The notes beneath the pieces were generated by a model. The model did no database searches, was not told the origin of the DNA, and saw nothing but the letters and a program-made list of their open reading frames with translations. From assembly GCA_900319005.1 (NCBI GenBank), contig ONMV01000016.1, positions 13,353 through 77,352 on the forward strand: 64,000 bases of DNA, read 5' to 3'. The stretch's first letter is position 1; each line of letters opens with the position of its first letter. The translations under genes were made by a program, and so were the position numbers. Positions 54,247 through 62,543 of this stretch are shown here, in pieces. The stretch comes from an uncultured Bacteroidales bacterium. GTDB lineage: Bacteria > Bacteroidota > Bacteroidia > Bacteroidales > Paludibacteraceae.

Positions 54247-54985
54247 CATCATAATGCCCGCATATAACTGCGGTCGGTTCATTCGGGAAGCGATTGACAG
54301 CGTACTCGCACAAACCTATACGGCTTGGGAGTTGCTCATTGTGGACGATTGCTCTACGGACAACACAGCAGCTCTCATTGCGTCTTACCGAGACGAGCGG
54401 ATTCATTATATGCGCAATGAGCGGAACTCGGGAGCATCTCTTTCCCGCAACAAAGCATTGCGTGAGGCAAAAGGAAAATACATCGCTTTTCTGGACGCTG
54501 ACGATACATGGATGCCTGAGAAAATAGAGAAACAGATTGCCTTCATGGAGCAAAACGGCTATGATTTTACCTATACTGCTTTCCACCGGACAGACAAACC
54601 ATTCCGTATCTCCGGTCCAAGACATATTACGAAAATGGGTATGTACGCCTTCTGCTGGCCTGCTTGTCCGACTGTGATGTACAACCGGGAGAAAATAGGT
54701 CTCATCCAAATCACCGACCTGCGGAAAAACAACGACTACGCCATGTGGCTGCATGTGATACAAAAGGCGGATTGTTATCTATTGGACGAGGATTTGTTCG
54801 CATATAATAAACACAACGGCTCCGTGAGCGATGCTTCGATTGCTGTATTACTATCCTGGCATTACCGCCTGTGGCGGCAAGAAATGCAATGCAATCCGAT
54901 TGCGGCTTGTTATTACACCTGTCTTAATGCTGTTTTCGGAGCCTATAAGAAAGTACGATATGTATCCAAAATATCAAATATATAA
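54233..54985 (+). CDS. glycosyltransferase family 2
   Basis: VSIIMPAYNCGRFIREAIDSVLAQTY..WELLIVDDCSTDNT and FLDADD. Start at the MELVS ATG. Confidence 0.85.
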   Translation: MELVSIIMPAYNCGRFIREAIDSVLAQTYTAWELLIVDDCSTDNTAALIASYRDERIHYMRNERNSGASLSRNKALREAKGKYIAFLDADDTWMPEKIEKQIAFMEQNGYDFTYTAFHRTDKPFRISGPRHITKMGMYAFCWPACPTVMYNREKIGLIQITDLRKNNDYAMWLHVIQKADCYLLDEDLFAYNKHNGSVSDASIAVLLSWHYRLWRQEMQCNPIAACYYTCLNAVFGAYKKVRYVSKISNI

Positions 54986-55745
54986 ACATGCCTGGGTGTA
55001 TAAATACGCGCCCCATACGGAAGAAGCATTAACTCCGTCCGATGCGCAAGAGTTATTGCGCAAAGGCGGTTGGTTTGTCCGGAATACGTATGGGTTTGAC
55101 TGCGCTGAGCAAACCTCGTTTTGGTATGTTATCAAAGATACATTCGGAGAGCTGAATGAATTGAGCACAAATACTCGGAACCAAGTTAGACATGGTCTAA
55201 ACAACTACTCCATTCGCCGCATTTCGGCAGAAGAATTATTAGCGCAAGGATATGCTGTTTACTGCGCAGCGACACATGCCTATAAAATAGCCACCCAAAC
55301 ACCGACAATAGAGGAATTTGAGAACCGTATTCGTCATGCAAGTGCAGATACGGAATACTGGGGGGCGTTTAATCCAGACAATGAACTGACCGCTTTTGCC
55401 ATCAATGAGGCAAGGGAAGATTATTGCAGCTACAAAACACTCAAAGCTAACCCCGCTGACCTGAAGAAATATGTATATTACGCACTCATTTATGAGATGA
55501 ACCGGCATTATTTGCAAGAAAGAAAACTGAAATACGTATTGGATGGCGCAAGAAGCATTACCGAGCACTCAAATATACAACCATTTTTGGAAAATAAATT
55601 TCATTTCCGAAAAGCCTATTGTCATTTGCGGATACATTACACCTGGTGGCTGAAATGGATCATCACATGCTTGTATCCACTGCGCAGATTCATTCCCAAC
55701 CGCCAAATACAATCACTGTTGGCAATGCACGGAATGCAGAGTTAA
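54960..55745 (+). CDS. FemAB-like/GNAT-fold acyltransferase candidate
   Basis: About 260-aa soluble protein. The pattern W.A......L.AFAIN.......Y...K.......KY..YALIYEM...Y......KYVLDG.RS is reminiscent of FemAB-like acetyltransferases. Assignment is tentative. Confidence 0.4.
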   Translation: MYPKYQIYKHAWVYKYAPHTEEALTPSDAQELLRKGGWFVRNTYGFDCAEQTSFWYVIKDTFGELNELSTNTRNQVRHGLNNYSIRRISAEELLAQGYAVYCAATHAYKIATQTPTIEEFENRIRHASADTEYWGAFNPDNELTAFAINEAREDYCSYKTLKANPADLKKYVYYALIYEMNRHYLQERKLKYVLDGARSITEHSNIQPFLENKFHFRKAYCHLRIHYTWWLKWIITCLYPLRRFIPNRQIQSLLAMHGMQS

Positions 55746-55746
55746 T

Positions 55747-56358
55747 ATGAAAATACTGAAATACATATTTGATAGAACAGTTGCTTTTTGCGGGCTACTC
55801 TTCTTATGGCCGGTATTGCTGGTTGTGGCTATTATGATCAAGTGCCAAATGCCGGGACCGGTGTTCTTTGTACAGCAGCGCGTGGGCAAAGACGGCAAAC
55901 TCTTCCCCTGCCATAAGTTCCGCTCCATGAGTGTCGGACATAACGGCAGCAGCGTTAGCGTAGCCGGAGAAAGCCGCATTACCCCGCTCGGAGCCAAACT
56001 GCGCAGATACAAACTGGACGAACTGCCCGAACTATGGGACGTGCTGATCGGTAACATGTCTTTTGTGGGTCCCAGACCGGATGTTCCCGGTTATGCCGAC
56101 AAACTGCAAGGCGAGGATCGAATCATTTTGTCCCTCCGCCCGGGTATCACAGGTCCCGCTACGCTCAAATACCGTAACGAGGAAGAATTGCTGGCAACCG
56201 TGGAAGATCCGATCAAATACAATGATGAGGTAATTTACCCCGATAAGGTGCAAATTAACCGCTATTACGCAGAACATTATTCTTTCGTGGATGATATACG
56301 AATGATTTTTTGTACGATCCTCGGCAAACACATGATTTATAACAATGAAACAGTATAA
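55747..56358 (+). CDS. small monotopic phosphoglycosyl transferase (PglC/WcfS-like initiating sugar-phosphate transferase)
   Basis: KYIFDR..A..GL......L..........PGPVFF.Q.RVGKDGK.F...KFRSM and DELPELWDVLIGNMSFVGPRP. Confidence 0.88.
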   Translation: MKILKYIFDRTVAFCGLLFLWPVLLVVAIMIKCQMPGPVFFVQQRVGKDGKLFPCHKFRSMSVGHNGSSVSVAGESRITPLGAKLRRYKLDELPELWDVLIGNMSFVGPRPDVPGYADKLQGEDRIILSLRPGITGPATLKYRNEEELLATVEDPIKYNDEVIYPDKVQINRYYAEHYSFVDDIRMIFCTILGKHMIYNNETV

Positions 56359-57607
56359 CCCTGATATGCAGAAACGTATATACCTTTGTCTGGCTCACAT
56401 GAGCGGACAAGAACAGAAATTTATTCAAGAGGCTTTTGACACCAACTGGGTCGTGCCTCTCGGACCGAACGTAAACGGCTTTGAAGAAGACTTGAAGCAT
56501 TTTGTGGAAGAGAACAAAAAAGTAGTTGCGCTGTCTTCTGGCACGGCGGCAATCCATCTGGCGTTGATCGCTTGCGGTGTACAAGCAGGCGACGAAGTAA
56601 TCTGCCAATCTTTCACCTTCTGCGCGTCTGCCAACCCCGTCACCTATGTGGGAGCAACGCCTGTGTTCGTGGACTCGGAACCCGGTTCTTGGAATATGGA
56701 TCCTACCCTGCTGGAGCAAGCTATCATTGACCGAAAAGCCAAAACAGGCAAATACCCGAAAGCCATTATTCCGGTGGCGCTATACGGCATGCCGTACCGG
56801 ATTGAGGAAATTATGGCGATTGCGGACAAATACGGTATTCCGGTAATCGAGGACGCGGCAGAAGGAATAGGCAGCCGCTGGAAAGGACGTGTCCTGGGTA
56901 CATTCGGCGAGTATGGCGTGCTCTCTTTCAACGGAAACAAAATGATCACAACTTCCGGCGGCGGTGCGCTGATCTGCAAAAACCAAGCGGCAAAAGACAA
57001 AATAATGTGGTACGCGACGCAGGCGCGCGAGGCGTATCCGTACTACCAACACGAAGCCATCGGTTATAACTACCGTCTCTCCAACATCTGCGCAGGTATC
57101 GGACGAGGACAGATGACCGTTCTGAACGACCACTTGGCGCACCACAGACACATCGCGCAACTGTACCGCGAAGCGTTTGCTTCCATCGAAGGCATCACTT
57201 TCCACGACGCACCTTCGGCGGATTATGACGCCAACTACTGGCTCTGCACGATTCTTTTGGACGAGAAACTACGCGTTAAAAACGAAGAAGCCGCTTATGC
57301 CCAAATGGTTCAAGGAGCCGTTGGCGGAGCCGCAGGAGTGGTACATACCGGTGGCTCGATTCATACGGATTGCGAGCCCAACCGCAATGTGGAAGCCATG
57401 CGTATATGCCTGGACAAAGCCGGCATAGAGAGCCGACCCTTATGGAAACCGATGCATAAGCAACCGGTATTCAAAAACGCGCCTGCATATGTCAACGGTG
57501 TTTCTGAAGCGATGTTCAAACGCGGTTTATGTCTTCCTAGCGGCCCGATGGTAACCGACGAAGATATTGCTTATATTATTGAAAACATTAAAAATGCTAT
57601 CTTTTAA
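56345..57607 (+). CDS. DegT-family aminotransferase (PglE/WcfR-like)
   Basis: RIYLCLAHMSGQEQKFIQEAFDTNW, SGTAAIHLAL, DAAEGIGS and SFNGNKMITT (PLP Lys). Start may be 56366. Carries a roughly 45-aa Gly/Ala-rich insert. Confidence 0.85.
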   Translation: MKQYNPDMQKRIYLCLAHMSGQEQKFIQEAFDTNWVVPLGPNVNGFEEDLKHFVEENKKVVALSSGTAAIHLALIACGVQAGDEVICQSFTFCASANPVTYVGATPVFVDSEPGSWNMDPTLLEQAIIDRKAKTGKYPKAIIPVALYGMPYRIEEIMAIADKYGIPVIEDAAEGIGSRWKGRVLGTFGEYGVLSFNGNKMITTSGGGALICKNQAAKDKIMWYATQAREAYPYYQHEAIGYNYRLSNICAGIGRGQMTVLNDHLAHHRHIAQLYREAFASIEGITFHDAPSADYDANYWLCTILLDEKLRVKNEEAAYAQMVQGAVGGAAGVVHTGGSIHTDCEPNRNVEAMRICLDKAGIESRPLWKPMHKQPVFKNAPAYVNGVSEAMFKRGLCLPSGPMVTDEDIAYIIENIKNAIF

Positions 57608-57613
57608 CTCATT

Positions 57614-58831
57614 ATGGAAAGAGAATTTATATTGATTAACATCATCGGTTTTGATAAACCCGGTGTAACCTCTGCCGTGACGGAAGTACTGGGTAAATAC
57701 GGGGCTTTCGTGCAGGACATCGGTCAATCGAACCTGCATCATCAACTCAACCTCAGTATTCTCATTCGCGTGGATGATCCTTCCACCTCCGGCGATATGA
57801 TCAAAGAGGTACTCTTCTGCTGCTCTCGGCTGGAGATGATTGTTCGCTTCACGCCGCTGAGCGAAGAGGAATACGCAGCTTGGGTGGGACGTCAGGAGCA
57901 AGAGCGCTATGTAGTCACACTCCTGGCGCGTGAGATCAACGCGCGTCATATAGCCCGCGTCACAGCCCTGCTGGCAAACCGCCAGTTGAACATCGATAAT
58001 ATCCTCCGCCTCAGCGAACGTCCGAGTATTGACCAACCGCTAGAGAAACGGCATTCCTGCATCGAGTTCTCGCTGCGAGGCAATCTGCCGGATAGAGAAG
58101 CACTACAACGCGAACTGCTGGAAGTGTCCCGAGAAGAAGGCATCGACATATCCTTCCAACGGGACGATATGTTCCGCCGCAACAGACGCCTCATCTGCGT
58201 TGATATGGACTCCACCTTCATCCAAACGGAAGTGATAGACGAACTGGCAGAGCGTGCCGGAGTCGGAGAGCAAGTCAAAGCAATCACCCTCTCAGCGATG
58301 CGGGGCGAGATCGATTTCAAAGAGAGTTTCACACGCCGCGTAGCCTTGCTCAAAGGCCTTGACGTGAGTGCCAAACAGGACATCATCGACCATCTGCCGA
58401 TTACCGAAGGAGCAGACCGTTTGTTCGGGGTGCTCAAGCGATGCGGATTCAAGATCGCCATCCTTTCCGGTGGTTTCACATTCGTGGGCAAGTACCTGCA
58501 ACAACGTTTTGGTGTGGATTACGTCTATGCCAACGAACTGGAGGAAAAGGACGGGAAGTTTACCGGTCGCTATATAGGCGATGTGGTGGACGCACGTCGA
58601 AAAGCGGAGTTACTCGAACTCATCGCACAAGTGGAGCATATCGACCTTGCCCAGGTAATCGCTGTGGGCGATGGGGCAAACGATCTCAACATGCTTGGCA
58701 AAGCTGGTCTTGGAATCGCTTTCCATGCGAAACCCAAAGTGAAAGAGAACGCCCAACAGGCAATCTCAACGGTCGGACTCGACGGCATTCTCTATTTCCT
58801 CGGATTCAAAGACGCATTTCTCAAATCATAA
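57614..58831 (+). CDS. serB: phosphoserine phosphatase SerB with N-terminal ACT-like domains
   Basis: HAD motifs VDMDSTFI, SGGF, and GDGANDL. Confidence 0.88.
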   Translation: MEREFILINIIGFDKPGVTSAVTEVLGKYGAFVQDIGQSNLHHQLNLSILIRVDDPSTSGDMIKEVLFCCSRLEMIVRFTPLSEEEYAAWVGRQEQERYVVTLLAREINARHIARVTALLANRQLNIDNILRLSERPSIDQPLEKRHSCIEFSLRGNLPDREALQRELLEVSREEGIDISFQRDDMFRRNRRLICVDMDSTFIQTEVIDELAERAGVGEQVKAITLSAMRGEIDFKESFTRRVALLKGLDVSAKQDIIDHLPITEGADRLFGVLKRCGFKIAILSGGFTFVGKYLQQRFGVDYVYANELEEKDGKFTGRYIGDVVDARRKAELLELIAQVEHIDLAQVIAVGDGANDLNMLGKAGLGIAFHAKPKVKENAQQAISTVGLDGILYFLGFKDAFLKS

Positions 58832-58860
58832 ACATTATACATCAAACATCAAACATACTT

Positions 58861-59823
58861 ATGGCATTTTTCGGATTATTTAACAGAGAAAAGAAAGAGA
58901 CACTGGATAAGGGCTTGGAGAAAAGCAAAGAATCCGTGCTCAGTAAGATCAGTCACGCGATAGCCGGCAAGTCCACTATCGACGATGATGTATTGGACAA
59001 CTTGGAGGAAGCGCTCATCACTTCCGATGTCGGAGTGGAGACAACACTCCGTATAATAGAACGCGTACAAGCGCGCGTGAAGCGTGATAAATATCTCGGA
59101 ACAAGCGAACTGAACAGCTTGCTTGTGGATGAGATTGCGTCCCTTCTGCAGGAGAACAACGTCGAGGACGTCTTGGATTTCTCCGCTCCGCTGCCTGCCA
59201 AACCTTATGTGATCATGGTTGTGGGTGTAAATGGTGTCGGCAAAACCACCACCATCGGTAAACTGGCACATCAGTACAAAGCCGCAGGCAAAAAAGTCTA
59301 TCTCGGAGCTGCAGATACTTTCCGAGCCGCAGCAGTAGAGCAGCTGTGCATATGGGGTGAACGCGTCGGAGTGCCGGTTATCAAACAGCAACAGGGATCC
59401 GACCCTGCTTCAGTTGCGTACGACACACTCCAATCCGCCAAAGCGAACGATGCGGACATCGTACTCATCGACACTGCCGGACGCCTTCATAACAAGATTA
59501 ATCTCATGAACGAGTTGACCAAGATCAAGAACGTCATGCAGAAAGTGATCCCCGATGCGCCGCACGATGTCATGCTCGTCCTCGATGGGTCAACCGGACA
59601 GAACGCCTTCGAACAAGCGCGACAATTCACCGCAGCTACACAAGTAACATCCCTTGCTATCACCAAACTGGATGGAACAGCCAAAGGAGGGGTGGTCATT
59701 GGCATCAGCGACCAATTTAAAATTCCTGTGAAATATATCGGCCTCGGAGAACAGATGACCGACCTGCAATGTTTCAACCGAGTGGAGTTCGTCCGTTCAC
59801 TCCTCGGCTCCGTCACCCAATAA
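58861..59823 (+). CDS. ftsY: signal recognition particle receptor FtsY
   Basis: MAFFGLF start, GVNGVGKTTTIGKLA, DTAGR, and TKLDGTAKGG. The ORF-track start at 58441 overlaps serB and is rejected. Confidence 0.92.
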   Translation: MAFFGLFNREKKETLDKGLEKSKESVLSKISHAIAGKSTIDDDVLDNLEEALITSDVGVETTLRIIERVQARVKRDKYLGTSELNSLLVDEIASLLQENNVEDVLDFSAPLPAKPYVIMVVGVNGVGKTTTIGKLAHQYKAAGKKVYLGAADTFRAAAVEQLCIWGERVGVPVIKQQQGSDPASVAYDTLQSAKANDADIVLIDTAGRLHNKINLMNELTKIKNVMQKVIPDAPHDVMLVLDGSTGQNAFEQARQFTAATQVTSLAITKLDGTAKGGVVIGISDQFKIPVKYIGLGEQMTDLQCFNRVEFVRSLLGSVTQ

Positions 59824-59843
59824 CACATCATACATCATACATC

Positions 59844-59871
59844 AAAAAGGTGGTCTCTCGACCACCTTTTT
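59844..59871. terminator. bidirectional rho-independent terminator
   Basis: aaaaggtggtc-tctc-gaccacctttt lies between convergent genes. Confidence 0.8.
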
Positions 59872-59872
59872 C

Positions 59873-61177
59873 TTATCTTCTTACAGCTCCGCTACTGCGA
59901 CCACCGCCGCCTCCGCCGCCGGAGAATCCTCCACCGCGGCTACCTCCACCAGAGAAACTACCGCCACTGGAGAAGCCACTACTGCGACTTGCGCCACCGG
60001 AATAACTGCTGCTACTGTGACTCGATCCTCCGTAATAACTATTGCTACTTATGCGGTTGACTGAAGACGAAGATACCGTGTTCGATCCGCGTGAAGAGGA
60101 ATTGATACTACGGGAAACAGCCGAACTACGTGCCGATGAAGAGGACGAACTTGAACTGCGCGTTGCAGATGCTATATTCGAGCTGCGTGTTGCCGAAGAA
60201 GCTGCATTCGAACTGCGAGTTACAGATGCTGCATTTGAACTGCGCGTTGCCGAAGGAGCGGCGTTCGAACTGCGAGTTGCAGATGCTACATGCGAACTGC
60301 GAGCGGTCGATGAGGCTTCGTTGGAACGAACTGCTGCGGTATTACGGCTTCCAAAAGTGCGACTACTGATCGCATTGGACGAACGCTCTGCGCTACGACT
60401 CGGACTACTACTTGCTGCGCTGCGAACTGCTCCACTCGTTCTGCGGATTTCGCGGGCATTCGACATGCCGCTGTTCCTCTGTACGAAAGTACGCTCCGGA
60501 TGAGCTACTGCATAATCTCTACGCGTTACACCGCTGTGTAAGTCATAGTAACCGTGGTGGATTACGCGACCCGGACGGAATGAGCAGTAATGGTGGCAAT
60601 GATGCCATGCATAGCAGCGATGCCAATACCAATCATGTGCCCAGCAGTTATGCGCATACCACCAACCCGGATAATACCCCCAATACCAAGGGCTACTCCA
60701 TGCTACCCAAGCAGGCCCCCAGAACCAATCGTATATAACAGGTCTATAGACATATACCGGTTCGATGATATAGTTCGTACCATATACGTATTCATCGCCC
60801 ACGATTTGCACTTTCACCTCGTTCTTCGCTTCATCTTTCTCAACGTAGATTGAGGCTACGTCCTGATAGATATCCTTCGCTAAGATCGCTTGCAGAACTA
60901 TCAAACGTTTGTTTCCTTCACCTGTCTCTACTACCCGCAGGTAATCCACTTGCCCGTCTCCGTTCAGATCAAGGTTACAGAACGCACTGTCCGGATTATT
61001 CAGCATCGTCTCGAACTCCTCAAGGTTCTTTGCCTCTGCGAACAATTTAGCTACCATCTTCAAATCGAGTCCTTCCGAGATGTCAGAACTATTGGCGGAA
61101 ACAGTTACCGTTTCGTCCGCCCATAACGCCGTACTCATCAGCATCAGCGTCATCAGAAGTGTAGTTAATTTTTTCAT
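59873..61177 (-). CDS. secreted protein with a Trp/Tyr/His-rich (YxWGxW-like) core and a long Ser/Arg/Gly low-complexity tail
   Basis: Signal peptide MKKLTTLLMTLMLMSTALWA. DLNGDGQVDYLRV Ca-site-like motif. WFWGPAWVAWSSPWYWGYYPGWWYAHNCWAHDWYWH. Tandem ATRSSNAAS units. C-terminal GGSFSGGGSRGGGFSGGGGGGGRSSG. Confidence 0.7.
   Translation of the reverse strand: MKKLTTLLMTLMLMSTALWADETVTVSANSSDISEGLDLKMVAKLFAEAKNLEEFETMLNNPDSAFCNLDLNGDGQVDYLRVVETGEGNKRLIVLQAILAKDIYQDVASIYVEKDEAKNEVKVQIVGDEYVYGTNYIIEPVYVYRPVIYDWFWGPAWVAWSSPWYWGYYPGWWYAHNCWAHDWYWHRCYAWHHCHHYCSFRPGRVIHHGYYDLHSGVTRRDYAVAHPERTFVQRNSGMSNAREIRRTSGAVRSAASSSPSRSAERSSNAISSRTFGSRNTAAVRSNEASSTARSSHVASATRSSNAAPSATRSSNAASVTRSSNAASSATRSSNIASATRSSSSSSSSARSSAVSRSINSSSRGSNTVSSSSVNRISSNSYYGGSSHSSSSYSGGASRSSGFSSGGSFSGGGSRGGGFSGGGGGGGRSSGAVRR
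60148..60310. repeat. tandem 27-30-bp coding repeats (ATRSSNAAS units)
   Basis: Units of the form ttcgaactgcgagttgcagatgctgca recur about six times. Confidence 0.8.
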
Positions 61178-61253
61178 AATCGTTAATTTTTAAAGGGTTA
61201 TAGTAGCCTAGTTGACTAGTTACCCTGATTATTCAAAATCCGTGCCAAACTCT

Positions 61254-62513
61254 TTATACGAGCTTCAGGTCATGGTGCATTTTTTCCTTCTTGGTACGCA
61301 TATAGCGTTCGTTCCACCGGTTCGGTTGAATCTCAATCGGCACATTCTCAACGATTTCGATACCGTAACTCTCCAGACCCACACGCTTAACCGGATTATT
61401 GGTTATCAGTTTCAGCTTATATGCTTTCATCTCTCGTAAGATCTGCGCACCGACACCGTAATCCCGCTCATCCGGACGGAAACCGAGGTGTATGTTCGCC
61501 TCCACTGTGTCTTCCCCCTGTTCCTGCAATTTGTACGCGCGGATTTTATTCATTAGACCTATACCGCGTCCCTCTTGATTCATATAAACAATGATTCCTT
61601 GACCTGCATCTTCTATCATCTGCATCGCCCTATTGAGCTGTTCGCCGCATTCGCATCGCTTGGAGCCGAATATATCTCCGGTCATACAGCTGGAATGAAC
61701 ACGGCAGAGTACCGGCTCATCTTCTTTCCATTCACCTTTCGTCAGTACCACATGCTCCAAACCCGTCGTCAAGTCTCTGAACGGCGTTAACATGAATTCG
61801 CCATGTTGAGTCGGCAGAAAGACCGTCTCACCCTTCTCAATAAGACCGGTTTCGCCTTTCACCTTTCTCTCCACCTCTAAGGGGGAGCCGGAGGGGGCTT
61901 CTTTCTCTAACCGATAGGCGATCAAATCCTTAATGGTAATGATCTTCAGTCCAAACTCCTTCGCTACTTCTTGCAGTTGCGGCATTCTCGCCATCGTGCC
62001 GTCGGCATTCATGATCTCTATCAGAGCTGCTGCGGGCTGCAAACCTGCCAAACGAGCCAAATCAACTCCCGCCTCGGTATGTCCCGCACGCTGCAACACG
62101 CCGCCGGCTTTTGCATACAGCGGATTAATGTGTCCCGGGCGGCCAAAAGTCTCGGGCTTCGAACTCGGGTCAGCAAGAGCACGGATGGTTGCTGAGCGGT
62201 CTGATGCGGATACGCCGGTTGTACAACCCTCTAACTTATCTACCGTCACCGTGAACGGAGTGCCCAGCATGGAGGTATTGTTCGCCACCTGATGCATCAA
62301 ATCGAGTTCCGCACAACGATGCTCCGTAATCGGACAACACAGCACGCCGCGACCGTGCTGCAACATAAAATTCACTTTCTCCGGCGTTATTTTCTCAGCG
62401 GCTATGATAAAATCGCCTTCGTTCTCGCGATCTTCATCGTCCACCACTATCACAAATTTCCCCTCTCGGAAATCCGTTAACGCCTCTTCTATTGTGTTTA
62501 TTTTCATATTCAT
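61254..62513 (-). CDS. ribBA: bifunctional 3,4-dihydroxy-2-butanone-4-phosphate synthase / GTP cyclohydrolase II RibBA
   Basis: [10 protein letters not shown] and HTEA (DHBPS domain). [18 protein letters not shown] (GCH II zinc site). Confidence 0.92.
   Translation of the reverse strand: MNMKINTIEEALTDFREGKFVIVVDDEDRENEGDFIIAAEKITPEKVNFMLQHGRGVLCCPITEHRCAELDLMHQVANNTSMLGTPFTVTVDKLEGCTTGVSASDRSATIRALADPSSKPETFGRPGHINPLYAKAGGVLQRAGHTEAGVDLARLAGLQPAAALIEIMNADGTMARMPQLQEVAKEFGLKIITIKDLIAYRLEKEAPSGSPLEVERKVKGETGLIEKGETVFLPTQHGEFMLTPFRDLTTGLEHVVLTKGEWKEDEPVLCRVHSSCMTGDIFGSKRCECGEQLNRAMQMIEDAGQGIIVYMNQEGRGIGLMNKIRAYKLQEQGEDTVEANIHLGFRPDERDYGVGAQILREMKAYKLKLITNNPVKRVGLESYGIEIVENVPIEIQPNRWNERYMRTKKEKMHHDLKLV
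61861..61905. repeat. G/C-word element in-frame in the RibBA interdomain linker
   Basis: acctttctctccacctctaagggggagccggagggggcttctttc encodes part of [17 protein letters not shown]. Confidence 0.55.
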
Positions 62514-62543
62514 TTAACGCCACGTAGTGACCATTTTAACTCT

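Noticed and set aside
58441-58860. 140-aa N-terminal extension of the ftsY ORF
   Set aside because: It overlaps the serB coding region in another frame and has an Arg/Gly-rich nonsense composition. The typical FtsY N-terminus starts at ATG 58861.
60042-60503. 153-aa plus-strand ORF with ELRVADA repeats
   Set aside because: It is an antisense reading of the ATRSSNAAS coding repeats. The minus-strand gene has a signal peptide and a terminator and is the better model.
62514-62543. Expected FMN riboswitch upstream of ribBA
   Set aside because: Only 30 bp separate ribBA from the upstream lptF/G-like gene, which leaves no room for an RFN element. ribBA is probably co-transcribed with that gene.
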